From a virus (lineage: Duplodnaviria; Caudoviricetes): a stretch of DNA of 52,817 nucleotides. The translations under genes and the position numbers were made by a program. The stretch spans positions 1 to 52,817 of the IMG/VR virus record IMGVR_UViG_3300025301_000016; one strand, written 5' to 3'. This document shows, in pieces, positions 1-10,338 of this stretch. Below the pieces are notes generated by a model. That model was not told where the DNA came from. It ran no database searches and saw only the letters and a list, made by a program, of their open reading frames with translations. Each line of letters starts with the position of its first letter. Position 1 is the stretch's first letter.

Positions 1-28
1 CTCCACCCCTCCCCCTCCCCTCCCATTG

Positions 29-262
29 AACAACTGTGATCAATAACAACTGAACGGTTACCTTAAACAACTGAACAGTTACTTTAAACAACTGAACAGC
101 CAGCCTAAAGAGGATCAGCTGTTATAAGGCCAAGACATCGATATAAGATCAGAACGGTGACAATACGCGTTAAGCTGGGCTATAACAACGTACCTCGGCT
201 TCAGCTGTTAATATCCCCCGGCTCAGCTGTTATTGGGCTCCCTTAGCATAGGATCAGCTGTT
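29..262. repeat. Cluster of eight AACARCTG motifs, including a 21-bp tandem repeat
   Basis: AACAACTG at 29, 45, 66, 87 (last three 21 bp apart); CAGCTGTT (reverse complement AACAGCTG) at 116, 202, 224, 255. Confidence 0.85.
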
Positions 263-494
263 TATAGGCTGCTACAAGCTCAATTGGTTCCTAAGGAACT
301 GTAAAACTTAGGCTTCGGTTGATCAACGCGTATAGAGCCCAGCCTTTATAGGGGGGTGCTCGGTCCCCCCGGATGCGCGGTTTTAACTTTAATTGATAGT
401 ACCCCTATCGAGTAGAGCATTTTTTGGTCTGGAAACTGGAAATAGTTGCTTATTAATAAGTTATTCGTCACTTTTGTAGTATTAGGAGGCTATT

Positions 495-767
495 ATGGAA
501 CGTCAGCTGCAGGTTAAGTGCATTCGTTGCAATATCTTTATGTTTATAGGGGTATCGGAGTCTGAGGTTAAGACTTGGGTGGGTGATGGAGAGCAGAGGC
601 CACAGTATCCTGAGTTTGCTGAATGGCATGAGTGTCCTGACGGTGGATATGGGATCAATACGGTATTAGGCTTTACACCACCGAGTATGTATGTAGCTGA
701 GCCGGTTGAGGTGGAGCAAAGGTTTGATATAACGGGGAATAGAATAAGTGACAGCGAGGAAGGGTAA
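495..767 (+). CDS. Hypothetical protein, possible Zn-binding (CxxC ... HxC)
   Basis: AGGAGG RBS upstream; overlaps terS start. Confidence 0.7.
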   Translation: MERQLQVKCIRCNIFMFIGVSESEVKTWVGDGEQRPQYPEFAEWHECPDGGYGINTVLGFTPPSMYVAEPVEVEQRFDITGNRISDSEEG

Positions 768-1347
768 ATTACAGCGTGTAGCGGACCAGCAGGGTATTGT
801 CCGTCTATACCTGAAGCAGAAGTCCCATAAAGAGATTGCTCAGACGATGAATGTGTCTGTGCATTATGTGGGACGTCAATTAAAGCAGATTAAAGATGCG
901 TGGCTGGAATCTACGCTGGTGGATTTCAATCGCCGCCAGAATCAGGAGTTAGCTCGCATAGATGCATTGGAGGCAGAGTATTGGACGGCGTGGGAGGGTT
1001 CTAAGTCAGATGAGTCAAGGGAAGCGTTAGAGTATGTAGATGAGGACTCAATAATGCGGTTATCGCGGAAACGGCTGGAAACGATCAAGCGTAATGGCAC
1101 CAGTTCGTTTTTGCAGGGTATCCAGTGGTGTATAGAGCAGCGGTGCAAGATTCTGGGTCTTCACGCTCCTAAAGAGATTAAGATTGACCAGCACCAGCGT
1201 AAGACCAAGGAATTGCCGGAATTGACTCGTGAGGAGCTGCGACAGATCATTGCCGGGCAATCTAAGGCTCTGGCAGTGGATGCGGAGATTGTGGAGGAAG
1301 CACGGGTTAAGGAGTTAACCATGGGGGCTGAGCCAGTTCCTGCTTAG
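748..1347 (+). CDS. terS: Terminase small subunit
   Basis: N-terminal HTH (KSHKEIAQTMNVS), ELARIDALEAEYW and RCKILGLHAP motifs; directly upstream of terL. Confidence 0.8.
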   Translation: MTARKGKLQRVADQQGIVRLYLKQKSHKEIAQTMNVSVHYVGRQLKQIKDAWLESTLVDFNRRQNQELARIDALEAEYWTAWEGSKSDESREALEYVDEDSIMRLSRKRLETIKRNGTSSFLQGIQWCIEQRCKILGLHAPKEIKIDQHQRKTKELPELTREELRQIIAGQSKALAVDAEIVEEARVKELTMGAEPVPA

Positions 1348-1356
1348 AGCTATCTA

Positions 1357-2922
1357 GTGCAAAGCTTAGGTACTGATCAACAGAAGGCGGCGGAGGAGCT
1401 TCTGAAGAGGGAGGAGGCTTCGGAGTCTCTTCTTGCTTTTTCTAAGTATACGTTTGATGAGTTTAAGGCTGGTCCGCATCATCAGGCTATATGTGAGAAG
1501 CTGGAGGCAGTTGAGCGGGGTGACTGTCGCAGATTGATTATCTGTTTACCGCCACGGTATTCTAAGAGCGAGTTGGTATCACGTCGTTTTCCTGCGTGGT
1601 ACTTTGGTCGCAATCCTAATAAGTTCATCATCTTCGGAACATACGGTCAGGATCTTTCTAATGACTTTGGACGCGATGTACGTCAGATATTTTCTTCTCC
1701 CGAATATAGTCGTGTATTTGAGGGGATACGATTGGACCCGACAGCTGCAGCTGTTGACCATTGGCGCATTGAGAATCAGCGAGGGCGTTACATAGCGGCT
1801 GGTGTGGGTACGGCGGTTACAGGCCGTGGTGCTCATCTCTTTATTATCGACGATCCGTTTAAGGGTCCAGAGGACGCCTATTCCATCCAGATGCGGGAAC
1901 GGGCTTATACGTGGTATAAAGACGTAGTATTCACTCGCTTACAGCCACAGGCGTCTATTGTGGTTTGTGCTACTCGCTGGCATGACGATGATCTGATTGG
2001 ACGTATTATAGACGCCTCTAAAGAGGATACTCGAATTAGAGATTGGGATATACTGAGATTGCCGGTGCGGGCGGAATTGGATGATCCGCTGGGCAGAGAA
2101 CCGGGAGCGGTGTTATGGCCTGAGTGGTATTCCGAAGAAGACGTATTAGAGCAGGAAGCCGTTTTGGGAGAGCGTTCTTTTATGGCGCTGTACCAGCAGT
2201 CGCCTATTAAGGAGGAGGGCGACTATTTTCATGCTGATTGGTTCCAATCGTATACCACCTTGCCAGATCCCAAGATGATGCGATTTTATGGAGCATCTGA
2301 TTATGCTACAGACGATTCTTCACGGGATTGGACGGTACATGGCGTATTTGGGCTGGACGCCCATGCCAATATCTATGTCGTTGACTGGTACAGAGCCAGA
2401 GCTAAATCGTTTGACTGGATTGAAGCGCAGCTGGATTTGATTGAAAAGTGGGATATAGCCAAGTGGTTTGAGGAGAAAGGAGCCATTTTAAACATGGCCG
2501 ACCCTCTTATCCGCAAGAGGATGCGCGAGAGAGATGTATTTTGCCCTCGCGAATCCTTTAATATGTCACGGCGCAAAGAAGAGCGAGCTTTGTCTATTCA
2601 GGGCCGAGCCCAGCAGGGTATGGTGCATTTGCCGTCAGATAAGTCGTGGACCAAGGATTTGCTCTATGAATTGACTCGATTTCCCGCTGGCGCTCATGAC
2701 GATCAAGTAGATGTTTTTACGCTACTTGGCCGTGGTTTAGGACAGCTTAGGCCCGGACGTAGGCGTCCCAAGGGACCAAAACCCGTAATAAAAGCTGGAT
2801 ATAGCTTTAAAGACTTAATGGCACGACACAAAAGGCGGGTTAAGGGATTTCATCCTGCTAAGGGGGCTCCTATAATGGGAGAGCATAACCCTTTTGATGA
2901 AGCACAAACAGATGAATTATGA
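1357..2922 (+). CDS. terL: Terminase large subunit
   Basis: Walker A-like PPRYSKSE, Walker B LFIIDDP, TRWHDDDL, C-terminal nuclease motif FPAGAHDDQVD. Confidence 0.97.
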   Translation: MQSLGTDQQKAAEELLKREEASESLLAFSKYTFDEFKAGPHHQAICEKLEAVERGDCRRLIICLPPRYSKSELVSRRFPAWYFGRNPNKFIIFGTYGQDLSNDFGRDVRQIFSSPEYSRVFEGIRLDPTAAAVDHWRIENQRGRYIAAGVGTAVTGRGAHLFIIDDPFKGPEDAYSIQMRERAYTWYKDVVFTRLQPQASIVVCATRWHDDDLIGRIIDASKEDTRIRDWDILRLPVRAELDDPLGREPGAVLWPEWYSEEDVLEQEAVLGERSFMALYQQSPIKEEGDYFHADWFQSYTTLPDPKMMRFYGASDYATDDSSRDWTVHGVFGLDAHANIYVVDWYRARAKSFDWIEAQLDLIEKWDIAKWFEEKGAILNMADPLIRKRMRERDVFCPRESFNMSRRKEERALSIQGRAQQGMVHLPSDKSWTKDLLYELTRFPAGAHDDQVDVFTLLGRGLGQLRPGRRRPKGPKPVIKAGYSFKDLMARHKRRVKGFHPAKGAPIMGEHNPFDEAQTDEL

Positions 2923-3029
2923 TATTTTGGAGTTAGGACTGTGTCAACCGCACAGTTGCTTTTCCTCCTTTCCGGTTACGGGCGGTGGGTTCTACCCATC
3001 CTGAGCCTACCGTCCAGTAAGGATAAGTA

Positions 3030-3227
3030 ATGCCGTTTAAGTCAAAGGCCCAGCAGCGATTGTTTTATGCTGCGCTTAAAGATCCCAAGCTCCGCAGGAA
3101 GCATGATATTACGGAGGAAACGGCAAAGCAGTTAACCGAAAAGGATATGGGTAATCAATTGCCGGAACGCGTAAGACGTAAAGCAGCCAAGGCATCTAAA
3201 AAAACGAAGGCTACTACAGGGGGTTAA
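3030..3227 (+). CDS. Small basic phage protein (MPFKSKAQ-type N-terminus)
   Basis: Lys-rich ORF between terL and portal; this N-terminus is common in phage morphogenesis regions. Confidence 0.75.
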   Translation: MPFKSKAQQRLFYAALKDPKLRRKHDITEETAKQLTEKDMGNQLPERVRRKAAKASKKTKATTGG

Positions 3228-3230
3228 AAA

Positions 3231-3395
3231 ATGGCATTTCGAGGAGAACGGCCCGAATACGCGCATAGAGGAAGTACTAGGAAGGGTCATGCAGATCGTA
3301 AGTCTGCGATGCGGCAGCTTAAAAGGCAAAAAGGTGCCCATGATCGAGGTACGGGAGGAAGATCTACGCGATTTACAAGGGCAAGCCTTAGATGA
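3231..3395 (+). CDS. Small Arg-rich protein, 54 aa (not in ORF track)
   Basis: ATG at 3231, MAFRGERPEYAHRG...RASLR; stop overlaps the portal start (ATGA). Confidence 0.6.
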   Translation: MAFRGERPEYAHRGSTRKGHADRKSAMRQLKRQKGAHDRGTGGRSTRFTRASLR

Positions 3396-5461
3396 GCCTG
3401 TCTTATCCGGGAAGGAATCGCGTTGAGGATCGAATAGGATACTGGAATCGACAGATAGAGTATGCTATTCGGTACTATAAGCCGTATTTCGATGCTGCTA
3501 ATATTCTAATAAAGCAGTACAATATGGATGCGGCTTCTTTGCGTGAATCAATGAAAGAAGCTGAAGTTGGTCGGGGCATTGATCCGGGCCACAGGGTTAA
3601 GGCCAATATTGTCTACGGCTGGGTTTCTCAGTCTGTGGCCAATATAGCTGCTCATGATCCTAAATTCAGAGTACTACCCTTTAATAAAGAGGGAGTTGGA
3701 GCAGAAACGTCTGTAGCACGTATTTCTGACTATTGGTATCGAGAAACAAATCAACTGGAACAAGATAGGCGTGTTTTGCTTGACGCCTTTTTATCTCCGT
3801 TTGGCGCAGCCAAAGTTGGCTGGATGACGGATATAGACGGGTTAGTGGAGCGAATGGTTAACTTTGATCCGCAAAATGTTATAGATGATGCTATTACAGA
3901 AAATGACTTTTTACGGATGGGTCAGCCCACAAGAGTCATGCCTGACCAGTTGCACGATCAGCATATAGAAGCACATACTAATTTACTACAGACTCCTGAA
4001 CTGCATCGCACTATACAAGTTTTACTTGAAGATCACATTGAAGAGCATAATCGTCAATCGAATCGTGGCGATCCTGATCGTGATACTTCAATTAAGTGGG
4101 AAGCTCCATTTGGACAGCGATGGGAGCCGGGATCGGTTCTTATTGATCCATTGGCACAAAATGGAATAACCGATGCTCGTTGGGTGGCTTTTCGATATAA
4201 GAAGCCTATTGACGAGATGCTGATGGATCAAACCCTGAATAGTGAGGGATTGGAGCCAACAGAGCGCATTGATGGTGCGCCTGAGTCCAAGAACGTAGAC
4301 CTTAAGGACGATTTTGGACTGGTAGTGGGGTGGGAGATATGGGCTAGGAATTTCCCTGTAGATATAGGCCAAAGGCGCAATTTATTGCTGAATGTAGTGC
4401 CCAGCAATAAAAAGTTCTTACGAGATGACGAAGAATGGCCATATGAAACGATTGAAGATTATCCCGTAGAGATCCTCAATTTTGAGCGTGGTATTCAAAC
4501 GTGGTTTAATCATGCCCCATTAACTATGGCTGGAGCAGATTCTATTCAGTCATTAGCACATGAAATGCTGGATGCTTTTGCTAATACAGCTCGTAAACAG
4601 AAGAATCTCTTTCTATACGATCCTGATTTAATTGAGGAGGATGAAATTGAAAGCGTTCTACATGCTCCTGATCTTACTGCTTTTCCTGTAGAGGGGTTGG
4701 CTGATTCAGGAGGCCGTGCTGTTATGCCCATACAATTTGGGCAGGGACAAGCGGAAAAGAACAATCTATTAGATATGGTTATTGGCCTGTTGGACAGAAC
4801 GGCTGGTACGCCACAGCCGGGTCGTATGCCCGATCCTGATTCTGCAACAGAAGCTAATATTATTGATCGTAGAGTCTCAGCCAGAGAAGATGAACGAGCA
4901 GATCTATTTAACAAGTTCCAAGTTCGTAAGGCCCAGAAGTTTTGGAATCTAACTACAGAATTTCGTCCAGAGCGTGTATTTCTTATTGATCCACGAGCGG
5001 AAACATTTATACAAGTTGATGAGGATATATCACGAGGTCAGTATGCTTTCGAGATAGATATTACTTCTTCTTCTACGGCTATGATGCTGGAGCGCAAACA
5101 GTGGCTGGATCTATTGAATCTCTTATCTGGTCAAGTGCAGGTATTCCAGATGATCTATAAGCAAGTGCCTAATTTGGCTCGAATTACAGAACTCCTATTA
5201 ACAAGAGGATATGCAATTCAAGATCCTGAAACAATCCTGCCAATGTTAGAGCAAGCTATGCAGCAAGATGCTATCTTACCAGAAGAGGCCATTGCTCAAT
5301 TGTCTGGTCAGCAAATGACACCAGAAACTATGGCAGCAGCTCAAGCTGCTAATCAGGGCCGAGAACAGGGCCCAGCAATGTCAGAGCAATTTAATGCATC
5401 ACCTCCTACTCCAGTCGGGCAAAATGGCAGTGCTGCCCGAACTATAAGAGAGGGGCAGTAA
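3392..5461 (+). CDS. Portal protein
   Basis: 689 aa after terL; GAAKVGW, IDPLA, SATEANII motifs and Q/P-rich tail as in P22-like portals. Confidence 0.9.
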   Translation: MSLSYPGRNRVEDRIGYWNRQIEYAIRYYKPYFDAANILIKQYNMDAASLRESMKEAEVGRGIDPGHRVKANIVYGWVSQSVANIAAHDPKFRVLPFNKEGVGAETSVARISDYWYRETNQLEQDRRVLLDAFLSPFGAAKVGWMTDIDGLVERMVNFDPQNVIDDAITENDFLRMGQPTRVMPDQLHDQHIEAHTNLLQTPELHRTIQVLLEDHIEEHNRQSNRGDPDRDTSIKWEAPFGQRWEPGSVLIDPLAQNGITDARWVAFRYKKPIDEMLMDQTLNSEGLEPTERIDGAPESKNVDLKDDFGLVVGWEIWARNFPVDIGQRRNLLLNVVPSNKKFLRDDEEWPYETIEDYPVEILNFERGIQTWFNHAPLTMAGADSIQSLAHEMLDAFANTARKQKNLFLYDPDLIEEDEIESVLHAPDLTAFPVEGLADSGGRAVMPIQFGQGQAEKNNLLDMVIGLLDRTAGTPQPGRMPDPDSATEANIIDRRVSAREDERADLFNKFQVRKAQKFWNLTTEFRPERVFLIDPRAETFIQVDEDISRGQYAFEIDITSSSTAMMLERKQWLDLLNLLSGQVQVFQMIYKQVPNLARITELLLTRGYAIQDPETILPMLEQAMQQDAILPEEAIAQLSGQQMTPETMAAAQAANQGREQGPAMSEQFNASPPTPVGQNGSAARTIREGQ

Positions 5462-5462
5462 T

Positions 5463-5687
5463 ATGACTGGGATTGTAGTTAGTGGAGCCACGATGGGCTC
5501 TATGTACGACGACGATGATGCTTCCGTAAGATTGGAGATTGTTGAGCGTAAGCTGTCTCGAATGGAGCCAGATGATCCAGAAATGCCAGCCTTGCTTAAA
5601 GAAGCTCGTACTTTGAGGAAGGATCAAAGGAGGCGGCATTTAGAAAAAGAATTGAGTGATATGACAAGTGCTCAGGAGGAATTCTAA
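5463..5687 (+). CDS. Hypothetical protein
   Basis: Tightly packed; TAATG coupling to the next ORF. Confidence 0.65.
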   Translation: MTGIVVSGATMGSMYDDDDASVRLEIVERKLSRMEPDDPEMPALLKEARTLRKDQRRRHLEKELSDMTSAQEEF

Positions 5688-6658
5688 TGGGACGAAGAGC
5701 GAAGCGTAAGTCCGTTGCGGCAATTGAAAAAAAGATTCAACAGGGTGGATACAAAGAAGAAGATGATGCCTTAGGCGATCTTATGACTGCTGGCATTACT
5801 GCTTATGGTGCCAAGCTTCTTTATGATGGACTTAAAGATGCGCCCGTAGAAGATATAGAGATTCCAAAAGGCACTGAGTGGGTAGAAGAAGGTAGCACGA
5901 CGGCAGGTACGAAGTGGGAGGGAGAGTCGTTTAAGCCTCCTCCCAGTACGAGGGAGAGGATAGCAGAAAAGGACGCAATGGTCGCGGAGGGCGGTGCTAA
6001 AAGCCTAGAATTGGCTCAGAGTCAAAAAGGGGACGCTGAGCGCGAAGAGGCTTTTTGGAAAAATCAAGAAAAACTGGCAGAGGGACGAAAAAAGAAACAT
6101 GCACAATACAAGGAGAAAGCTAGGCTTACGAAAGAAAATATAGCTGCTACGTCGGCAGCAGCAAAAAAGGGTAGCGCTGAAAGCTTAGAATTCGCTATGG
6201 ATCAAGATGCGCCAGTTCGCGAAGCCGCTCGAGAGTCTCAGATTAAGCAGGCAGCGTTTGCCGAGAAGAGAGAAGGCGAAAAGAAGCTGCAAGATAGAGG
6301 GCAGTATTGGAAAGATCGAGAAGCAGAATTTCGTAAACAAAGGCAGACTTCAGATGTAAATAAATTGAGAGAGAAGACGCGTCGATCAATTGGGCCTTCG
6401 GAAACTAGAAGTCAAATAGCTGCACATAAGATGAAAAAAAGGACAAATCTAAGTCATAAAAAGAGGCGAGAAGTTCATAAGAAGTATAATGCTCCTACAG
6501 AGGGGTTTGAGTATAAACCTCGAGAGCCATATCAGTCCCCTTATCCAACATTAAGGGGAAGAGCGGCAAACAGAGATCGCTTAGCAGAAGTGCAAGGACC
6601 ACAGCAAGGACCAGATCAAGGATTAATACAACGCTTAAGAAGCCGATTGGGATTTTAG
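5687..6658 (+). CDS. Hypothetical highly charged protein
   Basis: 323-aa ORF, coupled start, Lys/Glu/Arg-rich. Confidence 0.75.
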   Translation: MGRRAKRKSVAAIEKKIQQGGYKEEDDALGDLMTAGITAYGAKLLYDGLKDAPVEDIEIPKGTEWVEEGSTTAGTKWEGESFKPPPSTRERIAEKDAMVAEGGAKSLELAQSQKGDAEREEAFWKNQEKLAEGRKKKHAQYKEKARLTKENIAATSAAAKKGSAESLEFAMDQDAPVREAARESQIKQAAFAEKREGEKKLQDRGQYWKDREAEFRKQRQTSDVNKLREKTRRSIGPSETRSQIAAHKMKKRTNLSHKKRREVHKKYNAPTEGFEYKPREPYQSPYPTLRGRAANRDRLAEVQGPQQGPDQGLIQRLRSRLGF

Positions 6659-6668
6659 GAGAATAATA

Positions 6669-7499
6669 ATGCCAACAGTAAATGGACAGAAGTTTCCATA
6701 CACGCCAGAAGGCGAAGCTCAGGCTTCAAAGGTCAGGGCACAGAAGAGGATGAATAATCCTGCAGGAGGCAATGGGAATAGGCAACCAGCCCCACCCGTT
6801 AGGCAACCGGCAGGCCCTGCTCCATCGGCAGCTCCTACTGGGGGTTCTCCTGCGGGAAATGGTACCGTTCCACTTCGTACTAGAAATGGCACAGGAGGTC
6901 AGGGCGCAGCTGCAACTTCTATACCCTCTGCTCCAATGCAAGGAGCTGGCAGATCGGGCGACAATAGAGTTGCAGAACTTGCTTCTTTGAGAAAGAAACG
7001 AGTTTCATTGCAGCGGCAGTTAAACCAAATGCATGGCTCTGGTGAACGCGGAGCGGCTGCTAGGTCTATTATGGGCCAAGTCCAAAAAACGACAAATCAA
7101 TACAATAAGGCTGCAGGAGGAGGGGCGGCACAGGGGCAAAGAGGGACGCAACGGCAAAAAGCGCCACAGCTATCTTCTCCTAGGGCGTCAGGCGCTGCAC
7201 CTGCTCCGGGGCGAGTACAGCCCACTTCTGCACCACAAGGTGGACCACAGGGTGGACCACAGGGTGGTGATCAAATGTTGCCATCGGCTCCAATGTCAGC
7301 CGCAGCATCTACAACGCCAGTGGCGGCACCGCCACAACCTTCGAGCGCTCCCCAGTCGCCACCTGCTCCGGGCGGACCTCCGCAGCAGTTGCCGGGACAA
7401 ATGCAGCCTAACACGACAACTAAAAATCCCAAGCGTAAACCAAAGAATACGGCGCAGGTTTCAGGTGCTACGCAACGCGCTATGGGTGGGGGCTATTAA
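6669..7499 (+). CDS. Low-complexity Pro/Gly/Ala/Gln-rich protein
   Basis: AGGAG RBS; N-terminal MPTVNGQKFPYTPEG motif; PQGG x3 (12-bp tandem repeat near 7233-7268). Confidence 0.75.
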   Translation: MPTVNGQKFPYTPEGEAQASKVRAQKRMNNPAGGNGNRQPAPPVRQPAGPAPSAAPTGGSPAGNGTVPLRTRNGTGGQGAAATSIPSAPMQGAGRSGDNRVAELASLRKKRVSLQRQLNQMHGSGERGAAARSIMGQVQKTTNQYNKAAGGGAAQGQRGTQRQKAPQLSSPRASGAAPAPGRVQPTSAPQGGPQGGPQGGDQMLPSAPMSAAASTTPVAAPPQPSSAPQSPPAPGGPPQQLPGQMQPNTTTKNPKRKPKNTAQVSGATQRAMGGGY

Positions 7500-8023
7500 T
7501 GCCGGCGTTGTACGACTTTGAATGTCCAGATTGTGGACGTATGGAAGAAGATGTATTTGTGGAATCTGATAAGCGTAATACGACTTATATCTATTGTGGC
7601 GAAGGACATGAGGGAGTGAGGATGCAGCGTCTATTCCCCACAAGTCAGGCGATTCATTCATTTGAAGCCTATTATGACCCTTCTTTGGATTGTGATATTC
7701 ATGGTCGCCGTGAAAAGAAAGAGATAATGAATGCATTGAACGTCCAAGAAGCTGGCGATGCTGTCCACGGAGGAAGAAATGCTGAATTGTCTCCGAACGC
7801 TACAGTAATTGACGTTCAAAAAGAAACAGGACGAAAGCTGTCTGATATACAACGGGAGCAAGATTATAATCATAAAGTTGCCAATAAATGGAATGTTTCA
7901 TTTGAGGGATCAAATGAACAGGTAAGCTCGCTCGACACATTGTCGAATCCGAGTAAAGCCGCTCGGAAAGGGGAAACTAAGACTCGAACTAAGCGTATTA
8001 AGGCGCTGCCAGAGTCTGAATAA
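7499..8023 (+). CDS. FmdB-like zinc-ribbon protein
   Basis: MPALYDFECPDCG N-terminus; typical position before the scaffold gene. Confidence 0.8.
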   Translation: MPALYDFECPDCGRMEEDVFVESDKRNTTYIYCGEGHEGVRMQRLFPTSQAIHSFEAYYDPSLDCDIHGRREKKEIMNALNVQEAGDAVHGGRNAELSPNATVIDVQKETGRKLSDIQREQDYNHKVANKWNVSFEGSNEQVSSLDTLSNPSKAARKGETKTRTKRIKALPESE

Positions 8024-8037
8024 AAAGGAGATATAGA

Positions 8038-8964
8038 ATGAATACCGCTACTGACCAAGAGCAAGTCCAAAGAATGGATTCGTCTGATGCTGAAGAATCG
8101 GCTTACGATCAACTTCGACAAATGGACGCCCAAGCTTCTTTGAGTGCTATGCAATCTATGGCTGGAGCGTCGGGTGCTGAGTCCATCCGCGACGCCGACC
8201 CAAACCGCCACAATGCCGCTTCTTCTGGAAATCCGGCTGGCAGATCTGGGGAGAAACCGGCAGGTCGAGATCAAGTACTCCGCTTTTTGGAAGAAAATGC
8301 CGACAGTCTTCCGGGAGGTGCGGCTACATTTCGTGATCTACAAAGGAGCGTAACTGATTTGGGGCAAAGAAATTCAGATACGCAAGCGCGACTCGAGGCC
8401 ATTGAAACTCATTTAGGCGGTTCGGAAGGGACGCCAGAAGAGCCCAACCAAGATGAGACTGAGATGACTCGTAAGCAAGCCTTGGTAGACAGATTGAGGC
8501 CGGAGCAGAAGGCAATGTTGGAAGCTTTTGTTGACGTCAATGGATTCATCCGGCAGGATGATGTAGACGCAGCTGAGTCTGATAAGCTTTCTGATGAGTT
8601 TACCTCAAAGTCAATAGAAGAAGGCATTGACTTATATGGGGATGATTTCGGCACCATGGAAGATGGTCGATTTATATGGAATCCAGACGTAAAAGAGGAG
8701 GCTCGTGCCGTATTGGAGCGAATCACCTCTGATGATACAGGTATTACACCAACGGATTTGTATGCGATTCTGAGAAGCCGTACTGGCGGACCAGTTTCAA
8801 GGGCAAATTTCAACCGACAGCGTATAGCTCGGGGCGTTAGTGGCAATACTGTTTCAAGGTCTGCTCCTAATTCTACTCGATCAAATCTTAATTATAACCG
8901 AGAGCGTGGGGACACATTGGAAGATGTGACAGATCGAGCCTTGCTTGATGCGCTCTCTTCTTGA
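8038..8964 (+). CDS. Putative capsid scaffolding protein
   Basis: Acidic, helical, AAGGAG RBS, immediately upstream of MCP. Confidence 0.7.
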   Translation: MNTATDQEQVQRMDSSDAEESAYDQLRQMDAQASLSAMQSMAGASGAESIRDADPNRHNAASSGNPAGRSGEKPAGRDQVLRFLEENADSLPGGAATFRDLQRSVTDLGQRNSDTQARLEAIETHLGGSEGTPEEPNQDETEMTRKQALVDRLRPEQKAMLEAFVDVNGFIRQDDVDAAESDKLSDEFTSKSIEEGIDLYGDDFGTMEDGRFIWNPDVKEEARAVLERITSDDTGITPTDLYAILRSRTGGPVSRANFNRQRIARGVSGNTVSRSAPNSTRSNLNYNRERGDTLEDVTDRALLDALSS

Positions 8965-8977
8965 TAAGGACTGAGCA

Positions 8978-9982
8978 ATGGTACAATCAACCGTAGGGGC
9001 TAGTACCCTATCTCGTACCTACGGCCCTTTATTGTCTACAACTCTGGATAAGATTTTGAGTTCAGGGGCGATTCAAGACAATGTATACGACGCTACTCCA
9101 ACCCTTGATTGGTTTAGGGGTGGAGGTCGTATTAAGGTCGTAGATGGTGGCGAGAGAATTCGTATCCCTATTATGACGGGAAAGAATAATACATTTAAGT
9201 GGTATTCTGATTACGAAATTCTTGACGTTACGCCACAGGCTGGACTGACAACTGCTTTCTTTAATTGGAAGCAGGGTGCGGTTTCAGTGTCAATTTCTGG
9301 TAATGAATTACGCCAGAATAGCGGTACAGCAAAGATTGCTGATCTCATGAAAGAAAAGATTCGCAATGCTAATAATTCATTAGCTGACAATGTTGCAACG
9401 GGCATCTTCTCTGATGGTACTGGTTCTTCCAGCAAGCAGTTGACGGGCCTTTCGGCTGTCACTGATACCACTCCAGCGACGACATCTTTTGCCAGCATTA
9501 ATCCAGCTACTAATACTTCATGGCGTAATAAAGCCGTTACTTCTGTTGGCGCAGCTGCCGTGAACCTGATTCCGAACTTGCGCTCAATCATGAATCAGTG
9601 TTCGCAGGGTCGGGAAGGTGCCGCTGGTAAGCCTGACTTTGTTGTAACAACTCGGACTGTCCATGAGTCTGCTGAAGCATTGGTTACGCCGCGTATTCGC
9701 TATCAACCTAATCCTTCTGGTGGTGCAGATCTTGGAGTTGACACCGTGATGTTCAAGGGTGCCAAGTTAATTTGGGATGATTATTGCACTTCTGGCAGGG
9801 CTTATGTGTTGAGTTCTCCTCATATCATGCTGTTCATCCATTCTGCTGCTAACTTTGCGATGAGCGAAGAAGGCTTTCAGAAGCCGATTGATCAGGATGC
9901 TTTGACGACTCAGGTATTAGTGCAGCTAAACATGGCCACTAATAATCGCCGTAAGCATGGCGTTCTTGACGGTATTACTTGA
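8978..9982 (+). CDS. Major capsid protein
   Basis: 334 aa; IQDNVYDATP, DGGERIRIPI, IFSDGTGSSSKQLTGL, terminal NNRRKHGVLDGIT match a widespread HK97-fold MCP family. Confidence 0.92.
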   Translation: MVQSTVGASTLSRTYGPLLSTTLDKILSSGAIQDNVYDATPTLDWFRGGGRIKVVDGGERIRIPIMTGKNNTFKWYSDYEILDVTPQAGLTTAFFNWKQGAVSVSISGNELRQNSGTAKIADLMKEKIRNANNSLADNVATGIFSDGTGSSSKQLTGLSAVTDTTPATTSFASINPATNTSWRNKAVTSVGAAAVNLIPNLRSIMNQCSQGREGAAGKPDFVVTTRTVHESAEALVTPRIRYQPNPSGGADLGVDTVMFKGAKLIWDDYCTSGRAYVLSSPHIMLFIHSAANFAMSEEGFQKPIDQDALTTQVLVQLNMATNNRRKHGVLDGIT

Positions 9983-10000
9983 TACCAAAGGAGGCTTAAT

Positions 10001-10306
10001 ATGGCAGCAGGAGATGTTACAATTAGTGGAACTCATTCCAGTGGTGATTACACTGTGGTAAGAGGTACCGTAGAGGTTGATGGAGATGATAGAGATTTTG
10101 CTATTGGGCCAACGACTTCATATCTATTGTATTTCAATACTATGGTGGCCGACAATTCAGCGGGGGATGATTTAGAAGACGCTGCATTGCCAGCTATACA
10201 GTTAAATTACAGTGTAGCTGACGCGGAAACTAATGGAAGTGTTTCAATCGAAGCAACGGCTGCTCATACTTGGACTTTTGAAGCCGGTATGATTGGCGTT
10301 CTTTAA
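10001..10306 (+). CDS. Putative minor virion protein
   Basis: GGAGG RBS; beta-rich, follows MCP. Confidence 0.65.
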   Translation: MAAGDVTISGTHSSGDYTVVRGTVEVDGDDRDFAIGPTTSYLLYFNTMVADNSAGDDLEDAALPAIQLNYSVADAETNGSVSIEATAAHTWTFEAGMIGVL

Positions 10307-10338
10307 TTGCATATAGACTGAAGAAAGAGAGAAGATAA

